From: an uncultured Alphaproteobacteria bacterium
GTDB lineage: Bacteria > Pseudomonadota > Alphaproteobacteria > JAJFIK01
Length of the DNA: 64,000 nucleotides
Reading direction: 5' to 3'
Assembly (NCBI GenBank): GCA_964474635.1
Contig: CAYYTT010000001.1
Location: 15,930-79,929, forward strand
Every line of letters starts with the position of its first letter. The stretch's first letter is position 1. Below are positions 1 to 9,100 of the stretch, one piece after another. A program made the position numbers and the translations under genes. The notes below the pieces were generated by a model. That model was not told the origin of the DNA. It did no database searches and saw nothing but the letters and a program-made list of their open reading frames with translations.

Positions 1-3000
1 TGCCTGGACTGGGCGGGGCCAGGGCCCATCCACGGCCCCGCCGTGGCTCGCCTCCGGCTCGCGCGCCGGGGTGGCCGGGCCGGCAAGACCCAGCATCTCG
101 CGGGCCACATCACGCAGATCCGCGCTTGAAATCCGTGCCTTGGCGAAGGCCTTGGCGCCGGGCGGAAGGGCTGCGGCCGGAACGGTGCCGCTTGCGTGGA
201 TGATGAGCGCGGGGGCGCCGGACGGCCCTGAGCAAAACCGCTCGGCGAGATCGAGACCGTAGCCGTCCGGAAGATTGGGCTCCAGCACCACAAGATCCAC
301 ATGCTCTGTGGACAGAACGGCATGGGCCCGCGCCCTGGAGGAGACGGCGCGCACTTCGCCCAAATCGCCGATCAATTGCTCAAAAACCCGCACGATGCCC
401 TGGTCATGTTCGACAAGGAGAATTTTGGCGCCCCCATCTTTGTCCGTAAACAGGGCATCCGCCGGCGGGGCCTTTTGAGGCGGTGAAATGACCCGTTCCG
501 GCGCCGCGTGCAGGGGCAGGTCCACATGGAAGGTCGTTCCGTGACCCTCCGCGGTTTCAAAGCCGATCGTGCCTGCGAAGGTCTCCACGATGGCCTTGGC
601 GATGCTGAGCCCCAGGCCTGTTCCGCCGCTGCGCCGCGCGTCCGAGCCGTCGGCCTGGGAGAACTTGTTGAAGACATGGGGCCGATATTCGGCGGGAATG
701 CCTGGCCCCTTGTCGGCGACACCGACGCGTACCGTGGTGCCCCGGGTCTCGGTGAAGATCCGCACCGTGGTCTCATTCTCGGAAAACTTGATGGCATTGG
801 ACAGCAGATTGGCCATGACCTGCCCGAAGCGGTCCGCATCGATCCACACCTGGGGATCGTCCGCCCCCAGATCCTGCTCCAAGCGGATCAAGCGCTCTAA
901 CGCGCTGCCTTCCGCTTCCTGACAAGCCCGGCTGATCAGGGGATGGAGGGCATGGACCTCCATGTCGAAATCGATCTGTCCGGCCTCGATCTTCTCCATG
1001 TCCAGAATGTCGTTCAAAAGCTGGATCAGGCGGTCGCCATTGGCGTGCGCGATGTCCAAGAGCTCCTGGATTTGAGGGGTCATGGCGCCGAGGCGGCCCG
1101 AGCGCACCAGCCCGACCGCTCCCATGACCGAGGTCATGGGCGAACGCAATTCGTGGCTGACGGTCGAGACGAATTCGCTCTTCATCAGGTCGGCCGTCTT
1201 GCGCGCGTGGATGTCCATGATGGAGCCGATCATGCGCTTTGGCTTGTCGGCCTGGTCCCAGATGGCCTGGCCGGTGCCTAAGAACCAGCGATAGCCTTCG
1301 GTCTTGTGGCGGACACGATACTCGATCTGGAACGGCGTTTTTTTCGTAAGATGCGTGTCCACAAGAGCGAAGGTCGGCTCCACATCGTCCGGATGGAGAA
1401 GGCTTCGGAAGGTGGAAACCAATGGCTCTATTTCGCCGGCCTCATAGCCGAGCAGCTTGAAGAATAGGGGCGACCACCAGCATTCGTCCCGGGTCACGTC
1501 GATCCAGTCGTACAAGCCAACGCTGAGCCCGTTGACGGCGGTGGCGAACCGCCGGTCGCGCTCCAGAAGGCCGGCTTCGGCCTCACGCATGGCCGTGAGG
1601 TCCGTATGCATGATGAGCATGCGGGCTGGTTTTCCGTCCACACCCCAATCGACAACACGTCCGCGGGACAGGACCGTCACCACCGATCCGTTCTTGTGTT
1701 TGAAGCGCGCCTCGAGCGAAAAGGGCTCCTTGCCCTTGGAAGCTATATGGCGGTCCATGGCCGCCTCGACCTTGGGCAAATCTTCTTCGAGCAAAAAACT
1801 GCGCCATGCGGAAAAATCATCCGTTGGCTGTGCGTCGCCATGGCCGAGGATGGTCCAGAAGCGGGGTGAGATGAAAAGGCGGTTGCCGATGAAATCCACG
1901 TCCCAGACACCATCGGAACTCGCATCCACGAAGGCCGCCCACTCCACTTCGCGGCGCTTGGCGTCCGAGACATCGTGCAAGGACCCGACCATGCGCAATG
2001 GTTTGCCGTCGCCAGTGCGCAGGGCCTCGCCCCGTGAATGGATCCAAACATAGGCTCCGTCCGCCCGGCGCACGCGGAAGACCGACTCATACCGCTCACC
2101 GTGCTCCAGATGGGCCTTTCGCGCCTTGATCACCGCGGGCAAATCGTCCGGATGCATGAGGCCATGGAGAGTTTCCAGATTGGCCGAAAAGGTTTCCGGG
2201 TCGAGCTGCAGCATGTCGTATATGCGCGGCGACCAGCGCATATCGCCCGTGGTGAGATCGATGTCCCAGAGCCCGGCGCCGGACCCCTTGATGGCCAGTT
2301 CGTAGCGTTCCTGGCTCTCCAGCAAATCCCGTTCAATCCGACGTTCCTGGGTCACGTCCATCGTCATGGCAACGACGAAACGGCGCTGGGTTTTGGGGTC
2401 GGTGAAGGGCACGCGCTCGATGCGCAGGAACCAGCTCTCGTCCTTTTCCTCAACCGGTAGCTCCAGGACATGGACCTTGGTTTCTCCGGAGCGCAGAACC
2501 TCCTGGTCCTCCTCAACGAAGCCTTTGCCGTTTTCTGGAAACAGGTCCGTGGACAGTTGGCCTTCGACGTCGGCCACCGATTTTCCAATCAGACGGGCCG
2601 CGGCGCGATTAACCCGCAAAATCCTGCCCGTGTCGTCCTTGATCCAGATTTGGGTCGGGACCGCATCGAAGATCATGTCAAGGGTTGGATGGGTTCCGTC
2701 TGCGGGTTGGTCGCCGGTGGAGTCATTGACAGGGGGCTGATCATCGGCGTTTGACGCGACGATCGTTGCCGTTGCGGCCGCCAGGGCAAGGTCACGCAGC
2801 CCCGCGTCCTCATGCGCCCGCGTCCCCTGCCCCGCGTCGCCTTTCGCCGCGCCAAGCGCCGCCAGGGGGACGAGCGTGCCCGCCATGCGCACCGGCCGGT
2901 CATCGGCCCCGTAAACCGCCTGCCCACTCAGCCTGAAGGACTGAAAGGCCCGCGTGCCGCAGCGCAGGCGCACCGTAATGTCAAAGGGGGCGTCGGACTC

Positions 3001-4101
3001 AAAATGCGCATCGAGAGCTTTTTGGGCCCTGGCCCGATCATCCTCATGGAGGGCCGCTTCGAAATCGGCGAATTTGGGGGCAAGTAGGCGTTTCTCGATG
3101 CCGAGGAGACTGTCCACCCGCTGCGACCAGTAGAGACGATCCGGACGCACGTTCCAGTCCCAGATCCCAACCCCGGCGCCCATGCACAAGAGCCGGTAGC
3201 GATCCTCCGCGTCCTGCTGGCGCCGCCCGGCATCGGCCGCCGCCTCACCCGCCCGCTTTTGACGGGACCGGGCCTGCCAGGCCATGGCGCCTGCAAGGAC
3301 GGCCATGGCGGCGGCGAAGGCGGCGAGCGCACCGAGCCCGAAGGCAAGCTTGGCCGGGCTCCAATCGCCTGGCCTGTGGCGCACGCCGACGGTCCAAATG
3401 CTGTCATAGAAAGCGATACGGGCGAACAGGGCATCGCTTGACCGCCCGTTCTGGGGCACCGGCAAGGTCACGGTGCCGAAAATCGGCATACGGTCCTCAT
3501 AGACCGTCACATCGAACCGGTCCTTGAAGCCTGGAACGGCGACGGCCGTCGACAGATCCTCCGTGGCGATGGCGGCCGCCAGGAGCCCTTGGATCCGCCC
3601 CTGGATGACCACGGGCGCATAGACCCGCAAGCCCCGCCGGCCATTACCGAGATCCCCCGTCCTGGTGACCAGCGTCAAGGACCCGTCGAGCGGCGAGCGT
3701 GTCGCCGCGGCCCGCCGCTCCACGGCCGGGAAGACAAGACTGCTTGAGGCCGCGTCCGGTTCCCGGGTCCAGCGCAATTGCAGGCTCGGATCGATCCAGG
3801 CGATCCCGCTCAGGGCCGGCAGATCCTTCACCAGATCGAGGGCCACGGCGGGCGGGCGCACATCCACCGGTTCGGCGTTAAGACCCAGCCGGTCCGCGAG
3901 GCGCTCCACCGCATGGATGTCTTCCATCAGCCGGCCGCGCAGGGCGCCTGCGTAATCGGTGAGGGCCTGGCGCAGGGCACCGGGCCGGGGGCCGGCTTGC
4001 CCGGCGACCCATTGGGCCAGAATCACGCTGAGTATGAGCCCGGCAATCAGGGTGGCCAGGGACAACAGCAGGCTTGGCAGGAGGGTGCGTATCGACCTCA
4101 T
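1..4101 (-). CDS. Hybrid sensor histidine kinase with periplasmic sensor region, several PAS domains and a C-terminal receiver-like domain (partial; 3' end runs off the left window edge)
   Basis: Not in the ORF track because the frame stays open to base 1. Own minus-strand translation from ATG 4101-4099 gives MRSIRTLLPSLLLSLATLIAGLIL (TM1) and a second TM near 3270-3340. PAS-like cores: GIWDWNVRPDRLYWS (~3130-3175), GLWDIDLTTGDMRWSPR (~2225-2275), GVWDVDFIGN (~1885-1915). H-box FVSTVSHELRSPMTS (~1130-1177). HATPase motifs DKGPGIP and GGTGLGLSIAKAIVE (~580-720). Receiver-like ILLVEHDQ...DLVVLEPNLPDGYG (~260-430). Confidence 0.9.
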   Translation of the reverse strand, partial: MRSIRTLLPSLLLSLATLIAGLILSVILAQWVAGQAGPRPGALRQALTDYAGALRGRLMEDIHAVERLADRLGLNAEPVDVRPPAVALDLVKDLPALSGIAWIDPSLQLRWTREPDAASSSLVFPAVERRAAATRSPLDGSLTLVTRTGDLGNGRRGLRVYAPVVIQGRIQGLLAAAIATEDLSTAVAVPGFKDRFDVTVYEDRMPIFGTVTLPVPQNGRSSDALFARIAFYDSIWTVGVRHRPGDWSPAKLAFGLGALAAFAAAMAVLAGAMAWQARSRQKRAGEAAADAGRRQQDAEDRYRLLCMGAGVGIWDWNVRPDRLYWSQRVDSLLGIEKRLLAPKFADFEAALHEDDRARAQKALDAHFESDAPFDITVRLRCGTRAFQSFRLSGQAVYGADDRPVRMAGTLVPLAALGAAKGDAGQGTRAHEDAGLRDLALAAATATIVASNADDQPPVNDSTGDQPADGTHPTLDMIFDAVPTQIWIKDDTGRILRVNRAAARLIGKSVADVEGQLSTDLFPENGKGFVEEDQEVLRSGETKVHVLELPVEEKDESWFLRIERVPFTDPKTQRRFVVAMTMDVTQERRIERDLLESQERYELAIKGSGAGLWDIDLTTGDMRWSPRIYDMLQLDPETFSANLETLHGLMHPDDLPAVIKARKAHLEHGERYESVFRVRRADGAYVWIHSRGEALRTGDGKPLRMVGSLHDVSDAKRREVEWAAFVDASSDGVWDVDFIGNRLFISPRFWTILGHGDAQPTDDFSAWRSFLLEEDLPKVEAAMDRHIASKGKEPFSLEARFKHKNGSVVTVLSRGRVVDWGVDGKPARMLIMHTDLTAMREAEAGLLERDRRFATAVNGLSVGLYDWIDVTRDECWWSPLFFKLLGYEAGEIEPLVSTFRSLLHPDDVEPTFALVDTHLTKKTPFQIEYRVRHKTEGYRWFLGTGQAIWDQADKPKRMIGSIMDIHARKTADLMKSEFVSTVSHELRSPMTSVMGAVGLVRSGRLGAMTPQIQELLDIAHANGDRLIQLLNDILDMEKIEAGQIDFDMEVHALHPLISRACQEAEGSALERLIRLEQDLGADDPQVWIDADRFGQVMANLLSNAIKFSENETTVRIFTETRGTTVRVGVADKGPGIPAEYRPHVFNKFSQADGSDARRSGGTGLGLSIAKAIVETFAGTIGFETAEGHGTTFHVDLPLHAAPERVISPPQKAPPADALFTDKDGGAKILLVEHDQGIVRVFEQLIGDLGEVRAVSSRARAHAVLSTEHVDLVVLEPNLPDGYGLDLAERFCSGPSGAPALIIHASGTVPAAALPPGAKAFAKARISSADLRDVAREMLGLAGPATPAREPEASHGGAVDGPWPRPVQA

Positions 4102-4402
4102 TCCACGCTCCAGTGGACCGGTTGAGCCTCCAGGTTGGCCCAGTTCGGTCGAATTAACCACGAGTCGATGTGTCCATCATGCAAGCCCGGGCCGGCAAAG
4201 CCCCCAAAACACCGGGGTTTTGTTGCTTTCACCCCAACATTCACGGACAGTGACCACGTGGCGTAGGTGAACAAAAAATTCAGATAAGGCGTTGGTTTTG
4301 GGGCGTTCCCGAGAGAGTGACACGGCAAACGAGCAGCCGCGTGCAGGTGGTCCGGCCGCTGGGCGGCGCCGACCGCGCCGGGCCCGTTTCCGCACGCCTC
4401 GG

Positions 4403-6160
4403 ATGATCGCCATCCTTCTTCTGGCCCTTACGCCGCTTATCCCTGTGCCTGATCTTGGAGTGCTGACTCTCGGAGCGCCGGCCCTTGCGCAAACCGTGGG
4501 TCCCGGATCTCCAGTGCCGCCGGCCGCGCAGCCCCAAGACCCGCGCGAGCGCCTGCGCGTCCCCAGGCCACCCGATCCCCAGCCCGAGTTGAACATTCCC
4601 GCCTTCCGGGGCCTGATCCCGCCGGGCAGCGAAGTGGTGCAGGTCACCCTGGGCCGAGTCGTCTTCGAAGGCGCCACCGTCTTTGACGACACCGCCCTGG
4701 CGGCGCCGTTTCAGCCCCTTTTCGGCCAGCAGATCGCGCTTGCCCAGGTCTATGCCGCCGCCGCCGAGCTCCAGGCCCGGTATCGGGCAAAGGGGTATGT
4801 CCTGACACGGGTCGTGGTGCCGGCCCAACGCATCGACCGGGGCACCATACGCATCCGCGTGGTCGAAGGCTTCATCGATGAGGTGCTGATCGAGGGGGAA
4901 GTCGGATCGGCCCGCCGGCAGATTGAGCGGACGATGGCGCATCTGACGCGCCTGCGCCCCGTGCGCAACCGGGATCTTGAACGCTACCTCCTGCTCGCCA
5001 ACGACATTCCGGGCATCTCGGCGACGGGGGTGCTGCGGCCGGGCACGGGCGAAGCCGGGGCGACACAGCTTCTGGTCCGTGTACGGCGCAAACGGGCCGA
5101 CGGCTTTGTGACCTTCAACAACCGGGAATCGGAATTGACCGGCCCCCTTGCCGCAGCCGTGGGCGCCGGGGTCAACAGCCTGACCCGCCTCGGCGACCGC
5201 CTGGAGGGCCTTTACTTCGTGACGCTCGACAGCCAGGAGCCGACCCGCTTCACCTCCGGCAATCCCTTCGAGCAGAGTTTCGTCTTCGCGGCCTATGAGG
5301 CCCGCCTGACGGGTGAGGGCACGACCGCGCGCGTGGAGGCAAGCTATGGCGTCAGCCGGCCGGGCGCGCGCCTCGCGCCGCTCGACATTGAAAGCCGGGT
5401 CACTCGCTTCAAGGGCGAAGTCCGACATCCGGTCGTCCGTACCCGCGCAGCCAGCCTGTCGGCGGCCCTGTCGCTCGAATCGATCCTGGAGCGCACGGGC
5501 ATCGCCGGCAGTCTGATTGCCCGCGACCGGCTGACCGTCCTCGGCGTCGATTTGGAGGCGGAGCTTCGCGACACGCTGTTCCGTGTCGCGCGCAACACCT
5601 TCAGCCTGTCCCTGCGCCAGGGGCTGGAGATCCTGGGAGCGTCCTCGCCGGATGAGGGCCTGTCGACGCGGCCCGAGGGATCATCCGTCTACACCACCAT
5701 CGAGGCTTATCTGTCGCGCACCCAGTCCTTGAGCCCGCGCGTGGAACTGTTCGGGGAAGCCATTGGCCACTATGCCTCGCGCACGCTTTTGAGCCAGGCC
5801 GAATTCCGCATAGGCGGGGACCGTTTTGGCCGCGCGTTCGATCCCTCACAGCTTGCCGGGGAGCATGGTTTTGGTGTCGGCGCGGAACTGCGCTTCAACG
5901 GCTCCACGGGCTGGCGTTTCGTGCCCGGCTATCAACTCTACGCCTTTGGGGATGCCGCGCAGGTGCGCAACACCGACCGGGGTTTTGAGCCACGGGCATC
6001 CATCTGGTCGACGGGCGCCGGCATCCGGACCAATCTGCGCCCCTCCTCATGGACCGACATTCTTCTCGATCTGGAATATGCGCACGGGGAGAGCTTCGGC
6101 TCGGGCCCGGATCTCGAAACACAGGATCAGGCCTATGTGCGTGTCACCGCCCAGTTCTGA
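4403..6160 (+). CDS. Two-partner secretion outer-membrane transporter (TpsB; ShlB/FhaC/HecB family)
   Basis: ORF 4292..6160. Signal-like MIAILLLALTPLIPV...APALAQ begins at ATG 4403. ShlB-type POTRA block VTLGRVVFEGATVFDDTALAAPFQPLFGQQIALAQVYAAAAELQARYRAKGYVLTRVVVPAQRIDRGTIRIRVVEGFI. Beta-barrel-like C-terminus ends ...YVRVTAQF. Start 4292 versus 4403 is unresolved. Confidence 0.85.
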   Translation: MIAILLLALTPLIPVPDLGVLTLGAPALAQTVGPGSPVPPAAQPQDPRERLRVPRPPDPQPELNIPAFRGLIPPGSEVVQVTLGRVVFEGATVFDDTALAAPFQPLFGQQIALAQVYAAAAELQARYRAKGYVLTRVVVPAQRIDRGTIRIRVVEGFIDEVLIEGEVGSARRQIERTMAHLTRLRPVRNRDLERYLLLANDIPGISATGVLRPGTGEAGATQLLVRVRRKRADGFVTFNNRESELTGPLAAAVGAGVNSLTRLGDRLEGLYFVTLDSQEPTRFTSGNPFEQSFVFAAYEARLTGEGTTARVEASYGVSRPGARLAPLDIESRVTRFKGEVRHPVVRTRAASLSAALSLESILERTGIAGSLIARDRLTVLGVDLEAELRDTLFRVARNTFSLSLRQGLEILGASSPDEGLSTRPEGSSVYTTIEAYLSRTQSLSPRVELFGEAIGHYASRTLLSQAEFRIGGDRFGRAFDPSQLAGEHGFGVGAELRFNGSTGWRFVPGYQLYAFGDAAQVRNTDRGFEPRASIWSTGAGIRTNLRPSSWTDILLDLEYAHGESFGSGPDLETQDQAYVRVTAQF

Positions 6161-9100
6161 CCGGGCCCCGCCCCAAAGCGCGAAGCGGCTGCGCCTTTTC
6201 ACGGCCAGCGCTCTCGTCGGCGCGCTGGTGTCCCTGTCCGTGCCGGCCGAGGCCGGACCCACCGGCGGAACGGTCGTCGCCGGCGACGCCCTGATTTCAA
6301 CGCCCGGCGTGGGCACGACCTTAATCGAACAATCGAGCGACCGGGTCGTCATCGACTGGGACAGCTTTTCCATCGCCCCCGGAGAAATCACCCAGTTCGT
6401 ACAGGGCAGTCCGGATGCGGTCGCCCTCAATCGGGTGACGGGCGGAGCCTTGAGTGAAATCTTCGGTACCCTGAGCGCCGATGGCACCCTCTTTCTGGTG
6501 AACCCCGCCGGCATCTTGGTTGGCCAAGGCGGCATCGTGGACGTCCATGGGCTCGTCGCCAGCACGAGCGGCATCACGAACGAAAACTTCATGGCCGGAC
6601 GGTTCACCTTCGACCGGCCGTCGCAGGTGCCCGGTGCCAGCGTGATCAACCGCGGCACGATCTCCGTTAAGCAGGCTGGCATGGCCGCCCTGGTTGCCCC
6701 CGGGGTCGAAAATGCCGGCGTCATCGTAGCCGATCTTGGCCGGGCGGTCCTTGCCGGCGCGCAGCGTTTCACGGTCGATTTGTACGGGGACGGGCTCATC
6801 CAATTCGATGCCGGTCCGGCGGACGATGGGGACGGATCCGGCCAAGCCTTCAGCGCCGTGAACAACGGCACGATCCGCGCGGACGGCGGCCGTGTCCTGA
6901 TGACCACCGACGCGGCCGAGGCGCTACTGGGCTCGGTTGTGTCCATGGACGGGGTGATCGAAGCCCGCAGCGTATCAACCGAAAACGGAACCATCATCCT
7001 GGCCGGCGGCGAGAACGGCGCGGTCGAGGTTTCCGGCAGGCTTGACGCGCCCCGGGGCGCCATCTCGATCGCCGGAGATGCGGTGACCCTTGATCCGGAC
7101 GCATCGCTGCGCAGCGCTCCCGGGGGCGCAATCGCCATCGCGGCAGCGCGTCTCGACGTAACAGGCGATGGCGCGCTCGGCACCCTGGCCGCCGCGCCGC
7201 TCCAGGATGCGGTCGCCTCGGGCGGCAAGGTGACCCTCGCCGCGCAATCCGCGCTCACGATTGCCCAAGACGGCCTGCAGGTGAGCGACGACGGCCCCGC
7301 CGGCGCCCTGAGCCTTGAAGGCACGGCAGTCGCCATCGGCGGGCCGGTCGATTTGGCGGCCTCGGATCTCACAATCAGGGCCGACAGCCTTGCTCTTGAT
7401 GCGGACCTGACCGCTGCCACCATCCAGGTCGAGACGATCAGCGCCGGCCGGGATATTCGCCTCGGGTCCGGTGATGGCGCCCCGGCCGCCGGGCCCGCCC
7501 TTGCCTTTGACGATCTGACCCGCTTGATCACGCCGGCGCTGACGCTCAGGGCACCGCGGGGCACGGTACGCCTCGGGTCGCTCGACCTTGCCGGCGCAGG
7601 CTTCGGCGCCCTGACCGTGTCCGGGGGCGCTGTTCGTCTGTCCGGGGACATTGTTACCGGCGGACGCGATTTCACGGTGGATGGACCGGCTGTTCTCGTT
7701 GGCGATACCCGCCTCGTCACCGATGGCGGCGCGGCCCGGTTCGCCGGCTCCCTGGACAGCGCGGCGCAGATCACCAGCGCGGATCTGCCGTGGGCCTTGT
7801 CGGTGGAGGCGGGCCCCGGCGCGGCGGCCTTTGAGGACACCATCGGCGGCGAAGGTCCCCTTGCCGCCTTGAGCGTGCGGGCGGGCGACCTTGCCGCAGG
7901 CCCGGTTACAACGCTCGGCGCGATTGATCTGACCGGGATGGCGGGCACGCTCCTTGCCGGCGCGATCACAAGCCAGGAGGGTCCGGTCACGGTCGCGGGT
8001 CCCATCCGTCTGGCTGCGGATACATCCGTGAGCAGCGCCGCTGCGGTCCGTCTCGATCCGGTCATGGGTGGCGGGTTCGATCTCACCCTGGCGGCCTCGC
8101 CGAATGGTCCGATCACTCTGGCCGGCGGCTCAGGCCTTGGTGTTTTGAGTGTTGTGCAAGGGCAGACCTTTACTGCCGAGAGCGCGCTTACCGCGTCAGA
8201 GCTCTCCGTGAGCGGACTGACAGGTGCCGCATTGTTTTTTGGGTCCATCGCGGTGGACGGTGCCGGCCGGATCGAGGGGCCCGGCGGCGCGGTGTTCGAT
8301 GGGGGCCCGGACGGTACATTTCGCTTTGCCGGCGGGCTGACGGCCCTCGACGGACCGGTCAGCGCGCGCGGAACCCTCCTGGCCGGCGGCGGCGGTCTCA
8401 CACTGGCCGATTTCACGCCCGTCGGTGCCGCTCGGCTGGAAGGCTTGGGCGGTGCGGCCATCGACCTTGGGACGGTGTCCGCCGCGCCGAACGCCGCCCT
8501 GACCATCGACGCGGCCGTGCTGAGCGTGGAGGGCCCCGTCACCCTGCCCGATGGGACACTGACGGTGCTGCGAGCCCTGGAGGCACGTGTCACCGGCCCT
8601 GTCACGGCCGAGACCGTCCGCATCGCATCGAACGGCGGTACGGTTGTCCTTCTCGGTGCGCTTGAGACCGTTTCGGCCGACCTCGGCGGCGCCGCGCAAC
8701 TGCGCCTTGAAGCCCCCATTCGGGCGGACGCCCTGCGCCTGGCCGATCTCGGGTCCCTCGTCAGTACCGATCCCATCGCTGCGGGCACCCTCTCGCTTGA
8801 GACCATCGAGATGGCCATGCTCGGCGGGCCTTTGACCGCGGACAGCATGAGTGTGGACGCGCCGGGGGGCACCATTACCGTTCTTGAGACGCTCGATGCG
8901 GGACGACTCTCGGTCCTGGAGGCGGGCTCGGCACGGTTCGCGGGCCCTGTCATGGCGGGCGAAGTGGACCTTACGCCGTCGGCCGGGTCGGTGGTCTTCG
9001 ATGGCCCCCTCGCGGCGGACACGCTGACGACCGGGCCGGGGCCGTTTTCCCTGGACCTGATCGGCGGCGTGCGGATCACCGAGCCGGTTACCATCGCGAA

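Noticed and set aside
4280-5428. 382-aa minus-strand ORF
   Set aside because: Antisense to tpsB, whose POTRA and barrel motifs are clear. Shadow ORF.
5826-6134. N-terminal extensions of track ORFs, e.g. TpsA from 5826, TpsB from 4292, ilvA from 17998, thiO from 19434, hupE from 40807, gspN from 32519 and rlmI from 59972
   Set aside because: The extensions overlap upstream genes or encode Arg/Pro-rich sequence. Internal starts give proper signal peptides, prepilin motifs or family-typical N-termini, often with an RBS. Exact starts remain unverified.
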